Shown: in pieces, positions 1 to 14,327 of the stretch
How positions within the stretch are numbered: the stretch's first letter is position 1
How the letters are laid out: each line of letters opens with the position of its first letter
NCBI GenBank assembly: GCA_951406725.2
Contig: OX597815.1
Coordinates: 207,328,001-207,392,000 of the forward strand
DNA from: Octopus vulgaris
Taxonomy: Eukaryota
Length of the DNA stretch: 64,000 bases
Direction of reading: 5' to 3'
The notes under the pieces: generated by a model
What the model was told of the DNA's origin: nothing
Databases searched by the model: none
The model's input: only the letters and a program-made list of their open reading frames with translations
Position numbers and translations under genes: made by a program

Positions 1-199
1 CGAAATGCTTAGCTTTATTTCGCCTGTCTTTACGTTCTGAGTTCAAATTCCGCCGAGGTCGACTTTGCCTTTCATCCTTTCGGGGTCGATAAATTAAGTA
101 CCAGTTACGCACTGGGGTCGAATTAATCGACTTAATCCGTTTGTCTGTCCTTGTTTGTCCCCTCTGTGTTTAGCCCCTTGTAGGTAGTAAAGAAATAGG
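1..199 (+). mobile_element. tRNA-derived SINE family B (cut by the window edge)
   Basis: B box gagttcaaattcc, central gtcgactttgcctttcatcctttcggggtcgataaa, tail gtaaagaaatagg. Confidence 0.88.
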
Positions 200-1418
200 T
201 ATTTGAAATGGATAAGGTGGGGAGAAATGAAAGTGAGGGAGGTGGAAGATAATGTATTTTGGTCAAAAATAGGGGACATACTTTTGCTCGTTGTGTTGGT
301 AGTAGTAATTCAATTTCATAATCTAGAGACGGCGAGTGAAGTGAGAGTTGTAGCTTCAGTCTGAAATTACGTGAGTGCGTATTAGCGCACAGGCGCGCAT
401 ATGCTGTGCGTCTATAGAATCTAATAGATGAGTACGCCTGCTTGGGTATTTGTATATTATCATGTGCGGATGAGATGCGTGTTGAGATAGAACAGTTATG
501 AAAACTTAAAGCGTAAAGGATAGGGGAATATAAAAAAAGAACTGAAAAATAATAAAAAAATTTTTAGAAAATATACCGGTAGTTAAAAAGTAGTTTGCTG
601 TAAAGATATATGTAGGGGGATATCTGTTGGGGACATGGGAGATAGTTAGGGGATGATGCGAGGTTGGAATGGGGGGACTGGTGTTATTTGTACTTAGAGA
701 ATAAATTGTATAATTTGTGTTGACAAGTAAAAATTATGCCATCCCGTTCGTAATCAGTGGATTATATAATGGAGGAGACCTCGGCGATGCAGAGATCACA
801 CTTGCTCCATTTCAAATTATAAGGAATTGATTCATGCTGAAGTTTGTGGCTTAGTCGAGATAAAGAGATGCTCTTAGATCTTGGGGATCACTACTAGAGT
901 AGTGATTACGCCACTCTGGCGTGATGCTGCATGAGCGGTAGAATTAGCAGCTGATACTGTACATTTGTAGACAATGTTTTTAGTAAGACAGCGATTACCT
1001 AGGGGACACGGGGTGGGGCGTCTGAAGTTGCACAGAGTCGTAGCGGATGCTGAAGATGAATTCGCAGTGTGATTGTTATTTAGTGAAGGTCCGGTGTTAT
1101 GTTCATTCTCTGTGGCGGCGTTGGAATTAGTATGTCTCAGGGGGTTGAGGAAGGTGTCAGTGGGGGGTATATTTCATGGTAGCTTTCATGTCTAAGGATA
1201 TTATCACTGACTTTCTTTATTTCTGAATTAGGTGTAGTTTGGTCGTGAGGTAGGTTTGTGGTGCGGGTGTTAGTAATAGAATTAGAATAGGAAGCATGAG
1301 GGTTAGTGTTCGCAAGGAGGCTTAGAGGTGTTCTAGGTTTATGGGTATGGGGCTGGGGGTTCGGTTGAGTTATGTTATTATGGTAAAGGTTAACTAACTG
1401 TAGGCTTCTAAGTTTCAT
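200..1418 (-). mobile_element. Degenerate Penelope-like element, 3' part with GIY-YIG endonuclease region
   Basis: Minus-strand translation gives CNFRRPTPCPLGNRCLTKNIVYKCTV and IPYNLKWS..KCDLCIAE...CQHKLYNLFSKYK* (stop at 684-686). These match the CNCR..CPL..CL...IVY and C.LC..E..C.H motifs of Penelope ORF ends. Contains stops, frameshifts and deletions. Confidence 0.8.
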
Positions 1419-1459
1419 ATATGTATGTATGCATGTATGTATGTATGTATGTATGTATG

Positions 1460-1664
1460 TGACAGCGTATGTATCGTTGGCGATTTTATTTTCTTTCTCC
1501 GTCTTCCCTTCTTTGGAGTTTTTCTATATTTCTGACGAAGAACTCCGCTCGAAACGTGAAATGCTCTTTCTTTTCTTTCCTTTCCTGAGCGTCCAATAAC
1601 ACTGTACTTATTCCCCGTCCTCGCGTTGTTGTTTTTTCTTGCTTGTTCATGTTTGGATTAACTA
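1460..1664 (+). mobile_element. Penelope-like pseudo-LTR fragment with hammerhead-like core
   Basis: CTGACGAAGAACTCCGCTCGAAACGT at 1532-1557. Related to the fragments at about 21095-21390, 28238-28490 and 44856-45005. Confidence 0.55.
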
Positions 1665-3448
1665 CAGACACACACACACACACACACACGACAGGCTTCT
1701 TTCAGACCAAATCCACCCACAAGGCTTTGGTCAGCCCGTGGTTATAGTAGAAGACACTTGTGCAAGTTGCCATATAGTGGAACTGAATCTGGAACCATGT
1801 GCTTGGGAAGTAAACTGACTGTTTGTCTAGATTTATTTTTTCACACTGAGTTCAAATCCCGCTGAGGTCAACTTTGACTATTCTTCTTTCGGGCTCCACA
1901 TAAAACAGTACCAATCTAGGATTGTGAATTGGCGGAAATAAGAACCTTCTGGGTTTTGCTCCAGCATTTTGTATTCTAAGTTCAAATCCCGCTTTGGCCA
2001 ACTTGGGTGGTAAACTTAATTTGTCTCCCAGTCCAACACAACCACATAGAATACCTCTCACGGAGTCTACGCTGTTACAAGCATTCAGGCCTGATTATTA
2101 TTTTGGAGATACCTTCTTCCTTAACTTACTCATACTTGGAAATCTTGTAAAGGACCATGGGAACTACCTTTCCTCCAGGTAAAAGATAACAAAAATACCT
2201 GTCTACAGGAATGTTTCAATGTAATATGTTATTAAGCACGCAGAAATATATCAAGGTAGTGTAGAAAAAACATATTTATGTTTATGTCAAGTAATAGCAC
2301 CGATATACTTTACTAAGATTAACCATATTATGTGCATGTGTGTGTGTATGTGTGTGCATAACTTTTAATATTTTTGGTAAGTCATACTGAATTTTCTACG
2401 AATGCGCATATCAATTTGTCTTGTAAAATTGATGTACATTAAAAATCCGAAAATAGAGAGGTATTAAAAAAAAATTATAGTGGAGATGCGAGAAAGGTAG
2501 TTCTATAGAATTAGTTTCATAAATAATATATGTGAATATATTGTAAGCAAACTGAGTGAAATATGATTAGCCATATATCCACATACTTACGTACATACAC
2601 ACGCACGAGGTAGATGATGATAGCAAAATATTAAAATATATGCAGTATTTTCTGGCAAAAAATTTTTATTCTTTAATTGCGTTTCTAAACCTGATATCAT
2701 GATGCTTTTATCGTATAAACTTTAAAGCTTCCCATAACTTGAGTTTTCGTTAACTTAACTATTTTTTTCCAGTTGAACAGCATTATAATTCCACTAAGAA
2801 TAAACGTAATATTTCCGATGTAACAAAATACCAATTTTTTTTTTTTTTTTTACAAAATTGATTATATCAGTCACTTCAACATTCTAATGCAACACACACA
2901 CAGACACACACACACACGGACACATACACACACACGCACACGAATTAATTTCGTGTGTACAGAAATCACAGAGACCTGTTGCATGTTATGTTCCATTAAC
3001 ATGCAACAGGTTGCTCCTTTCTTTAAGAAATATTTTGTGTAAGGAGAAACCATTGAATGTGTTGCTTTCGGTATTACACCGTATATTAATTAATACACTT
3101 ACGTGGAATTAAAGTAATTAATAATTTGTCTGAAATTATACTTATTAAATTATATGCCAGGAATAAATTGTGCATTATGAATTATTAATAAAACAGATGG
3201 TTGCTGGATGAAGAATTCGTTTCATTTGACCCGCCATATGCTCAAAACTCGCGAATTCGACTTTACTTTTATTCATAATCCGGATAAACGGCCTTATGTG
3301 CACCAGGACTCCAAGAACACACCCACATACACACTCACGCACATACTCTCTCTCTCTCTCATACACACACACACACACACAGAAAACAAAGTTATTTTAT
3401 TCCACACGGGTAGAAATATAGAGGAAAATATTTTAACTATTCTCAGTG

Positions 3449-3818
3449 CACTGAAAATAGTTAAAATATTTTTTTATTATTCTATTTAAAGATTTAACCG
3501 GTTTCACAGTTTACGTTGATTTTCAGAAATCTGAAATAGAAAGTCGTGGCTTATGTCGCAGCTGCTTTGCTTCTGACTAGTGTTTGAGGCTTGCCCTTGT
3601 TCAGTCAACCGTGTTCAGCCAACCGTATCAGCCTTAACTTAGAATGCTAAACATAGGCGCAGGAGTGGCTGTGTGGTAAGTAGCTTGCTTACGAACCACA
3701 TGGTTCCGGGTTCAGTCCCACTGCGTGGCACATTGGGCAAGTGTCCTCAACTATAGCCTCGGGCTGACCAAAGCCTTGTGAGTGGATTTGGTAGATCGAA
3801 ACTGAAAGAAGCCCGTCG

Positions 3819-3875
<57 letters not shown>

Positions 3876-4339
3876 TTGTGTCTGTGTTTGTCCTACCAAC
3901 ATCGCTTGACAACTGATGCTGGTTCGGCAAAAGTGACCGATAGAATAAGTACTAGGCTTACAAAGAATAAGTCCTGGGGTCGATTTGCTCGACTAAAGGC
4001 GGTGCTCTAGCATGACCACAGTCAAATGACTGAAACAAGTAAAATATTAAGAGTATTGTTACTTGATATTAACACACAGACGTAGCGGGAAACTTACAAA
4101 AGTTTGTAAAACCAGCCATGTGACTATCCTCTACGAATCAAACCCTATTCAAAACATATACGAATCTAAGCCATGAACTCCTTATAATAATAGGGCAAGC
4201 TTCAAACACTAGTCACAAGCAAAGCAGCTGCGACATAAGCCACGTCTTTTTATTTCAGAATTTTGAAAATCAGTGTAAACTGTGAAACCGGTTATATCTT
4301 CAAATATAATAATAAAAAATATTTTAACTATTCTCGGTG
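3449..4339. mobile_element. MITE with ~150-bp TIRs, interrupted by a SINE
   Basis: 3449-3597 is the reverse complement of about 4192-4339 (cactgaaaatagttaaaatatt... / ...aatattttaactattctcggtg|TA). Confidence 0.85.
3655..4045 (+). mobile_element. tRNA-derived SINE family A (CORE-like, central microsatellite)
   Basis: Head aggcgcaggagtggctgtgtggtaag, B-box-like ggttcagtccc, ttgggcaagtgtc core, central (TA)n(TG)n, and gtaaaa-type tail. More than 20 copies or fragments in the window. Confidence 0.9.
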
Positions 4340-4376
4340 TATTATTTTCAACTTCTAGTTTTCCTACATATATGTG

Positions 4377-4420
<44 letters not shown>

Positions 4421-4445
4421 AATTTATTATTTTGCTTAATATATA

Positions 4446-4897
4446 TATTTCTTTATTGCCCACAAGGGGCTAAACATAGAGGGGACAAACAAGGACAGAC
4501 AAAGGGATTAAGTCGATTATATTAACTCCAGTGCGTAACTGGTAATTTATTTATCGACCCCGAAAGGATGAAAGGCAAAGTCGACCTCGGCGGAATTTGA
4601 ATTCAGAACGTAACGACAGACGAAATATGGCTACGCATTTCGCCCGGCCTGCTAACGTTTCTGCCAGCTCGCCAGAATAAGTTAAGACGGCGAGCTGGTA
4701 GAATTGTTGCCACTTCAGGCAAAATACTTAGCAGTATTTCATCCGTCTTTATGTTCCGAGTTCGAATTCCGCCGAGGTCGATTTCTGCGTTTCATCATTT
4801 CGGAGTCGATAAAATAAGTACCAGTTGATCAGTGGGTTCGATGTAATCGACCTACGCCATCCCGCCGAAATTTTTGTCCTTGTGCCTAAATTTGAGG
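4446..4897. mobile_element. Two SINE family B copies, head-to-head (4446-4673 minus, 4686-4897 plus)
   Basis: Both match the family B consensus and lie about 12 bp apart. Confidence 0.85.
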
Positions 4898-5685
4898 CCA
4901 ATGTATATTGGGAGGAGGAAGGAGAAGAAAAGCAGAAGAGATTCTAAAAAACAAGAGGAAGATGGGAGGAGGAGGAAGAAGATGGACGTTTACAGACCTT
5001 TCCAGACAGGTTGGATTAACGAAGTTTATGTCCGGCTTCAATATCTTAACACTGATATTTACTAGTAAAGTTTAGAAAATGAAGGTATTCAGTTCCAACT
5101 GATTGCAGTAGATTTAACTTTACAAAAGACTCTCAACGTCCAGGAAATGGTAACGATGTTGCTGCTGTCTATTTCTTAAGATGGTCCTCTTTAAGCAGCA
5201 GACTAATTATGAACACTTTTCTTGCTATGGATAAACCAGATTATTTTCAAATGTTTCAAGCTATATTGTACAATGATTTAAGATTTAGTTTCTGTTTCTA
5301 GCAGTCTTGAGCAACCACATAGAAGCATTCTTGTTGCCACGGTATTAAACCAAAGGGCTTGTTAGTCCTATAACAGCGGTTGCCAACCCTTTTGCTTCAT
5401 GGACCGGTTTTCTACAACACATTTTTTCCCTGCACCGGATAATCATGCGTATAAGCAAACTACAATAAACTGCATAATGTATAATTTAATCAATATATAT
5501 ATGTATATATATATATATTTATAAAAAGTGTAGGTGGCATACGAGTGGGTATATATTTATAAAAAAAGTTTGAAAACGCCACTATATAGGATAAATTTTA
5601 ATTTTCTGATAGATTTTACATGTTTCGGTTCTTCTTGAAAAACGAACCTTATCAAAAATATTTTAAAAAGTTAAGTGTAATAAAA

Positions 5686-5937
5686 AAAGTTCATAATTGT
5701 TTCTTACTAGTCTCGACAGAGTCCACGTGGTGGTGTTTTGTGGGAGGGAGCATATGACTGTCTTGTGCGTTGGCTGTAATAGTGACCGTTGGCCGTAATA
5801 GCAGTAGTAGCAGAGGTCACTATTACAGCCAACGATTCTAGTCAATGCACAAGACAGCCATTATGATCCACCCCAACCCCCACAAAACACCACTACGTGG
5901 ACTCTGTTGAGACTAGTAAGAAACAATTATGAACTTT
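5686..5937. mobile_element. Small inverted-repeat element (~58-bp arms)
   Basis: aaagttcataattgtttcttactagtctcgacagagtccacgt... versus ...acgtggactctgttgagactagtaagaaacaattatgaacttt. Confidence 0.8.
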
Positions 5938-5968
<31 letters not shown>

Positions 5969-6621
5969 ATCAAAATAAGCAACAAGTTTATCCGAGGTAA
6001 TGTGTTACGATCGTTTCATGCTACTTCATTTTATTAAACACTGTAAGCATTACATCAATTTTAAAATGTCGAGCAATCTTCAGCCACCGTTAGAAATTTT
6101 CCAATCAAACGGACACTGCACATTCTTGTCCCTATTTCGTTTGCCAACATTATAAAGAGGGTAGATATACAGACAGAGAGGTTGATTTCATTCTTAAGAA
6201 CATGATAGTATTAAATCTACTCTCTGACTGTAGATTTTAACTTTGTTATTTAGATCTATCAGTAGGGAGGGGGATTTTTGGTTGGATGCAGACAAAGAAT
6301 TTTTCTATTTATAGATATAGGAAGGGGTAGAACAAATGTCAAATCCAATAAATCTATTCCCATTCAGAGGAACCCAGTCCAGATACATTTGAATGCACTA
6401 AGCAAAAAGCCAGTATGTTGAAGTTAGAGGGGTAGGGGAAGATGGACTATTAGTGCACTAGAGGTTTTAATGTCTAACTACCATTTGACATCCAGATTCT
6501 TTATTAAGAAATTTAAGTAAATATACTTTAGACAATTTTCAAAATGATTTCAGTGAACATTATTATCTTATATAGGGAATCTAATATAGGGATAAAGAAA
6601 TAGAGAAATCATTTCATATTC

Positions 6622-6669
<48 letters not shown>

Positions 6670-6800
6670 TAGATAGATAGATAGATAGATAAATATATAA
6701 ATAAATATATTCAAGTGGAAAAAATTTACAGAATTTTTCTCTTATGGGGTTTTTCACGCTAACTACTTGATAATTTCTTATGAAGATTTTATCCTATTTT

Positions 6801-6866
<66 letters not shown>

Positions 6867-6967
6867 CGGGTTTCTTTTAGTTTTGTCTACGAAATCCACT
6901 AACGAAGCTTTAATCAGCGAGTGATTGTTGTAGAAGATACTTATCAAAGGAATCAATGCAATGGACA

Positions 6968-7021
<54 letters not shown>

Positions 7022-7499
7022 TATGTATAGCGTGCATGTGTATGTGTTTTGTGCCCTTGTCCTTTGATTTTTCTCTTAAGCCGTTTATGGCTGCAAGCTG
7101 GCCGAATCTTAAGTACACCAGACAAAAACTTAAGACCATTTCCTCTAGCTTTACGTTCAATTTCCGCTGACTTTGACTTTGCTTTCATTCTTTCGGGATC
7201 GATAATATAAATGCCAGTTAAGTATCGGTTTCAATGGAACCGATTATTCTCCACCCCCTCACAAGTGTTCGGGCCTTGTGCTTATGATAGAAAGAATTAT
7301 TATTGGGATCATTGTCAATGTTATTTAGTTCTTATAATCAAATGCCTTGTTTTTTGGGGGTTTTTTTACACTTTACCTCCAGACTCTATCATAAAAGAAT
7401 GCCTTGTATTTGGGGACAATTTGGCTGCTATTTCTTATCATCATATTTTGCGACTGTATAAGAACTTATCACCCTCTTTTTAAACCAACAACATAACAT

Positions 7500-8250
7500 T
7501 AGTTTCAAATTTTGACACAAGGCCAGGAAGTTAAGGGTAGGGTTAAGTCGATTATATCAACCCCAGTGCTCAACTGATACTTGCTCAACCCCGAAAGGAT
7601 GAAATGTAAAGTGACGTCGGCGGAATTTGAACTCAAAACGTAAAGACGGACGAAATGTCACGAAGCATTTTGCCCAACGTGCTAATAAATTATTTTCTAT
7701 TATAGTCACAAGGCCTGAAATTTAGGGGAGGGAAATATTCGATTTCATCGACCCCAGTACTAATCCAAAGTATAAAGGTGAAGTCGAATTCGGCGGGATT
7801 TCAACTCAGAACGTAGCGGCAGACGAAATACCTATTTCTTTACTACCCACAAGGGGCTAAACACAGAGGACAAACAAGGACAGACTAACGGATTAAGTCG
7901 ATTATATTGACCCCAGGGCGTAACTGGTACTTATTTAATCGACCCCGAAAGGATGAAAGGCAAAGTCGACCTCGGCGGAATTTGAACTCAGAACGTAACG
8001 GCAGACGAAATGCAACTAAGCATTTTGCCTTGCGTGCTAACGATTCTGCCAGCTCACCGCCTTAACCGACAACATAACATTATTATTTGTCTGTCTTTGT
8101 GTTCTGAGCTCAAATTCCGCCGAAGTCGACTTTGCCTTTCATTCTTTCGAGGGCCGATAAATTAAGTACCAGTTGCGTACTGGGGTCGATCTGATTGACT
8201 AGCTCCCTCTCCAAAACTTTCGGCCCGTGTGCCTAGAGTAGAAAAGAATG
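7500..8250. mobile_element. Cluster of SINE family B copies (three minus, one plus)
   Basis: Repeated aaagtcgacctcggcggaatttgaactcagaacgta blocks. The best copy is 7830-8062 (minus). Confidence 0.85.
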
Positions 8251-8896
8251 TTAATATTTGTCATACAATTACCATTGTGCCGGCAGCATTTCCATCACTA
8301 CCATAATTATGAGAGTATATTATGCGAGTTAGAATTTGCATTGAATGTGTCAGATAAAAGAAACCCTCTCAACGCCTCGTCTTTAAGCCAAGTAATGAAG
8401 GAAAAAACGAGAAGGCTTTTGCCGTTAATTTTTTCTCTCCGTTTTCCTTCCGGCTTGAATATCTCTTAATTTATAAGATTAACTGCTGGTGCCATAAATT
8501 AAAATTAATTTACCTTTTTGGCCTTTGATGACGAGTAGATAAGAAACACTCACAGAGAATTATTAAACCTCAACTGACTCCCACGCCAACAAATATTTTC
8601 AAGTTCACTGCTAGCTTTATTATCTCTGATGACCCTAAAACAAGCAAAAAAAACGTGTTTTAAATTCTTTATTTTTATCAGCTGGGATTATTTTGAGAAA
8701 CACGTGGCTCCCTAAATCTATGTACAAATTATTTCATATATATATATATATGTGTGCATGTACTCATGTAAGTAATAGTGTGTATGTGTGTGTATAATGA
8801 TTGACATGAGTCTGGAATAGTAACAACAGCGAAAATAGCAGAATGAGGAAACCAGCTAATAAAAACAATGGTAGCAGAAGGGAAGAGAAAAGCTGC

Positions 8897-8954
8897 TAGT
8901 AGTAGTAGTAGTAGTAGTAGTAGTTGTACTTGTTGTTGTTGTTGTTGTTGTTGT
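8897..8954. repeat. (TAG)n(TTG)n trinucleotide repeat
   Basis: Directly visible. It is the source of spurious poly-Q/L and poly-N/Y ORFs. Confidence 0.95.
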
Positions 8955-9708
8955 AGCAGCACCAGTAGTCACATTTCGAGAAGTTAGTCCCCTTCACTAC
9001 ACCAAACCACAAAATAAAATGGTACACGTTTTTGTTGATTTGCAATGAATAAATAAATAAATAAAGACAGTTATTTGCAAGCAACAAACAACGAAACGAT
9101 CAAACAAACCACACTTGCTCGTTAGTAACATCTGTTACAGACGTACAAACATTCTATTCATTCTCAGACTCACTCTATTAATGCTTTTTAATAAAGATGT
9201 ATTCTCAAAAGTAGAAAAAGGCGCGGAAGTTAAAGCAAAACGCTACGGGTCGAATCCCTTTTCATGAAGGTTGCTCCAAAATCTAAAATTTAATTAATCC
9301 TTTCTGTTGTTTTGTTATCTGTCTATTAAATACAGGAAAAATATGACAGTATATTTTTCTTTCCTCTTTTTTCCCCTCTTTCTAACCAGTATTATGCTGG
9401 TCGCACACAGTTCATTATACGAGTCACATTCTCTCTTAGATTCAATGAAAGTCGTTGACGGCGAAACAATAGCTTACAAACACGCCGTCTGTCATTTCAA
9501 TGTGTCGTTTGCAAATTTCATCAATTGTTGCACGCGTGCTTGTTTCGTATTCAACCCGTGGTCAAGAATGCGATGGATTAAGATTCTGTGCAACAGCAGT
9601 AATTTTATTCAGCTGACTACACGTCATTGATTGGTTGAAATTACCGAAATAGGACAATTTTAACGTGAAATAACTTCGTAAATATAAGTTTTTCTCAAAA
9701 ATGCTAAT

Positions 9709-10116
9709 AGGCGCAGGAGTGGCTGTGTGGTAAGTAGCTTGCTAACCAACCACATGGTTTCGGGTTCAGTCCCACTGCGTGGCATCTTGGGCAAGTGTCT
9801 TCTGCTATAGCCCCGGGCCGACCAATGCCTTGTGAGTGGATTTGGTAGGCGGAAACTGAAAGAAGACTGTCGTATATATGTATATATGTGTATGTTTGTG
9901 TGTGTGTGTTTGTCCCCCTAGCATTGCTTGAAAACCGATGCTGGTGTGTTTACGTCCCCGTCACTTAGCGGTTCGGCAAAACAGACCGATAAAATAAGTA
10001 CTGGGCTTACAAAGAATAAGTTCCGGGGTCGAGTTGCTCGACTAAAGGCGGTGCTCCGGCATGGCCGCAGTCAAATGACTGAAACAAGTAAAAGAGTAAA
10101 AGAGTAAAGAGTAAAA
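9709..10116 (+). mobile_element. SINE family A
   Basis: Full-length match to the family consensus, with an (gtaaaaga)n tail. Confidence 0.9.
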
Positions 10117-10239
10117 GATGTCCGAAGTTTGAAAGTGTTTAGTTACAAATATTATTTTTTAAATCTGTCGGTCAAAAGGTAAAGATCCCTATCATATATG
10201 TTTATGATACAAACAATACCTATTCAATATTATGCCTAC

Positions 10240-10660
10240 ACACGAGCTGGCAGAATCATTAGCACGCTGAGCAAAATACTGAGAAGCATTTCCCTCACAA
10301 TTACGTTCTGAGTTCGAATTCCGTCAGGGCCGACTTTGTCTTTCATCCTTTCGAGATCGGTAGAATAAGATCCAGTTGAACGCTGGATTCGATGTAATTG
10401 ACTTACTCTTTTCCGAAACTGTAGGCCTTGTGGCAAAATTTGAAACCCATATTATAGATACACGCAAAGCAACAAGCTGGCAGAATCGTTAGCAACCTGG
10501 GTAAAATGCTTAGCACTATTTCGTCCGTCTTCACGATCTGAGGTTGGCTTTGCTTTCATCCTTTCGGGCTTGATAAAATATGTGCTAGTTGATCAGTGGG
10601 GTCTATCTGATCGACTTATCCCCTCCCCCAAAATTTCTGGCCTTGTACCAAAATTTAAAA
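10240..10660 (+). mobile_element. Two tandem diverged SINE family B copies
   Basis: gagctggcagaatc.ttagca heads at about 10244 and 10475. Confidence 0.75.
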
Positions 10661-11910
10661 TGTATTTTATACTCACGAACATACACACATATATATTCTT
10701 TTTAGAATGGATCTCGAAGGACAATTAAAGGTATAAGTAATAAATATTGGGGTTAAAAAGCTCTTTTTAAATAGAATACACCCTTTCATGTCTACTGGAG
10801 TTGTTGGTTCGCGTACCACAATAAAAACCGTTTAACAATCCAATATGTAAACGCTTTGATTTATAGCTTTATGTGTGCTTTCAGATCTATTACAGAAACC
10901 AATTATTTCATGTTCTCTCGAAAGTTCATAATTTCCAGTGACAACCCTCCCATTTTCCTTCAACATTATTCACTCGTACATTTTTTCTTCTCCTCACAAC
11001 TCCAACACTTAATAATATCCTTCTCTTCTTTCCCCATTTTTCTTTCTCTCTCTCTCTCTCTCTCCTATTCCTCTTCTTTCTCCTTCTTTGTATGCATATT
11101 TAGCGTTCTACCTTAGTAGGTGATCTACTACTCTAAGCAAATATAGATCGAAATATTTCCATCTATTTTTCCTCATATTTTGAAATGTTTTAAATGACTA
11201 TCAGATGTTGCTACACATCGCTGGTCACAATGCGCTTTGCATTGTTTTAGCCTTCAAATGACGCCACCCCGCTGGCTAAGCGAGCAGGCCAATATATATA
11301 TATATATATATATATCGAAAGGATTTGTAAAATCGTCCCGATAGCGGGTAATGAGAACGCGAGATATCATTTCGATCTTCTTAGGCCACGTGCCCCGAAG
11401 AGATTCGCCGCCTCCGATATAGGACTCAAACAAAATTACATTTACTGATATTATGAACAGCTATTAAATAAATAATCCGGTGTATGCAAATGAGGCAGTA
11501 AAATTATACCACATTCCTTTTCTATGTGACCATTTCTCTCTTTTTTCCCTATCACTTTACATCCATTTTTATATACACGCATGGAAGCTTCCCCAAAACC
11601 TCGAGTGTTGAACAACAAACAACTTAAACAAGCGAACAGAACACGTACAAGAGAGTCATCATGTCGGCGGTTTAGTTTTTAAGACTTAGAAACATACCAA
11701 TGGGCTACATTTACAAATTACCTTTAATTCATAAACACACAAGCACATGCCCACAGATTAAAAAAATGTCACATAGCATACAGAACCAAAGTAATTACGC
11801 AGAAACTCAGACTTTAGCATATCCAATGCAAACGTAAAATTAAATTGCATGGAATCATGTAGTATTTTAAGCTGCATCACGTGTGGTTAAGAATTGATGT
11901 ATGCGTATAT

Positions 11911-12297
11911 TACTCTTTTACTCTTTTACTTGTTTCCGTCATTTGACTGCGGCCTTGCTGGAGCACCGCCTTTAATCGAGCAACTCGACCCCGGGACTTA
12001 TTCTTTTGTAAGCCCAGTACTTATTCTATCGGTCTCTTTTGCCGAACCGCTATGTAACGGGGACGTAAACACACCAGCATATGAGGACAAACACAGACAC
12101 ACATATACATATATATATATATATACATATATACGACGGGCTTCTTTCAGTTTCCGTCTACCAAATCCACTCTCAAGGCTTTGGTCGGCCCGAGGCTATA
12201 GTAGAAGACACTTGCTCAAGGTGCCACGCAGTGGGACTGAACCCGGAACCATGTGGTTGGTAAGCAAGCTACTTACCACACAGCCACTCCTGCGCCT
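11911..12297 (-). mobile_element. SINE family A
   Basis: Reverse-complement copy with a small internal deletion. Confidence 0.9.
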
Positions 12298-12710
12298 ATA
12301 TATGTATACACGCAGGTATGTATGTGCGTGCACAAGTGTGTGTACTTTTGTGTGTGTATTTGATGGTTTACCAATGGCAGAGCCACCGATGCCAAGGCAG
12401 ACTGGCAGGGTTTCCGATGCAGGAGAGAGAAAAGCTAAAATACATAAATTTACCCATTACCAAAGACTTGGTTCAAATACCAACAATCCATTGGATACTA
12501 AGTTCATGTAATGATGGTAAATCAGGGGACACATTAAATCCAATTCCTAAGTATATGTGTTATTGTGAACATGAATGTATCTATATGTGTCTCTGCATGT
12601 TTTCTGAATATTAAACTACGAAAACTTGTCAACTATGGTACTTTTATAGTTTTACGATTTCTTTTTAGTCACATTTACAAGAGTGAAGTCGGTATGTAAG
12701 TCCTACATAT

Positions 12711-13350
12711 CGGCGAGCTGGCAGAAACGTTAGCACGCCGGGCGAAATGCTTAGCGGTATTTCGTTGTGAGGTCGACTTTGCCTTTCATCTTTTCGGGGT
12801 CGATAAATTAAGCACCAGTTACACACTGGGGTCGATGTAATCGACTTAATACCTATGTCTGTCCTTGTTTGTCCCCTCTGTGTTTAACCTCTTGTGGGTA
12901 ATAAAGAAATAGGTATGTAAGTCCTACCCAGAAGAAACGTATGCATTATTTAACTGGCAGAATCGTTTGCACATCGGAAGAGAAAAAATGTTCAGGCGTC
13001 ATTTCTTCCGCCTCTAAACATTTTGAGAGCAAATTCTGTCGAGGTCGATTTTGTTTTTCATTCCTTTGGGGTAGAAAAATAAGTACCAGTTAAGTACTGG
13101 TGTTGATGTCATCGACTTATCTCCTAACCCAAAATGTCAAGCCCTGTGCCTATATTTGAAAGGAATTTTTTTTCCTGGCAAAATTGTTAGCCCTTTACGT
13201 GCTGAGTTCAAATCCCACCGTGGTCACTTTGCTTTTCATCCTTTCGAACTGAAAAAATCAAATATTACTCAAGCACTCGGATCGATGTAATCGATTTGCC
13301 ACCCGCTTCTACTTACTTGTTGTCCTTGAGGCAAAATTAGAAACACTTAT
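12711..13350 (+). mobile_element. Three tandem SINE family B copies
   Basis: Heads at about 12711, 12953 and 13175, with family B central domains. Confidence 0.8.
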
Positions 13351-13858
13351 TTCTCTGTCCTTGACAATGCTCAACGGTCTACAAGTTCTTCGAGTTCCAG
13401 ATAGATAATCGTTTTCGTGCGTAGACATCTATTTTATTAAACGGAAATTATAAATCGTAGCCAATTTCTTTCCGGGACTTTTCGTAATTCAATATTGCTT
13501 TCCGCCTGTGCGTTCCAGACTTTATATGTATTCTCAGGTAGAGACGCGTGAATTTGGTTTCTGGTGACACGTCGTGTCCTTGAGCGAGACATTTTATTTC
13601 ACGTTGCTCTCCAGTTCAGTCAGCTGTCGAAAATGAGTTGTGCCTGTAAAGGGTACACGGGTATACGTAAAGGGTACACGATATTGCTTCAACCATACAG
13701 CTACATACAGTATAGGGGCACATGCATATGCATGGACATACGAGCACGCGCACACATGCATGTTTATGTGTGTCTGTCTCTCTCTCTGTCTCTGTCTCAG
13801 TCTCTCTCTCGCTCTCTCTGTCTGTTCGTCTGTCTGTCTCTGTCTTTTTGTCTCTCTC

Positions 13859-13923
<65 letters not shown>

Positions 13924-13926
<3 letters not shown>

Positions 13927-14245
13927 GGCGCGTGGCTTAGTGGTTAGGGCATTTGGCTCACGATTGTAAGGTCGTGAGTTCAATTCCCAGCAATGTGCTA
14001 TGTCTTTGAGCAAGACACTTTATTTCACGTTGCTCCAGTCCATTCAGCTGGCAAAAGGGAGTTGTACCTGTATTTCAAAGTGAAGGTCTTGTCACACTTT
14101 GTGTCACGCTGAATCTCCCTGAGAACTACGTTAGGGGTACAAGTATCTGTGGATTGCTCAGTCATTTGCACGTTAATTTCACGAGCAAGCTGTTCCGTTG
14201 ATCGTATCAGCGGGGACCCTCGTCGTCTTAACCGACGGAGTGCTC
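13924..14245 (+). mobile_element. tRNA-derived SINE family C
   Basis: A box tggcttagtggtta, B box gagttcaattccc, core ttgagcaagacactttatttcacgttgctccag. The 3' half is shared with 50496-50878. Confidence 0.85.
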
Positions 14246-14270
14246 CTACCTACCTATATATATATATACA

Positions 14271-14327
<57 letters not shown>

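Noticed and set aside
8515-8660. TGATGA/CTGATGA hammerhead-like words
   Set aside because: I could not form helices I-III around them.
11894-12511. 205-aa ORF and the many similar ORFs (..RRASFSFRLPNPLTRLWSARGYSRR..)
   Set aside because: Read-through of SINE family A. The same peptide recurs at each copy.
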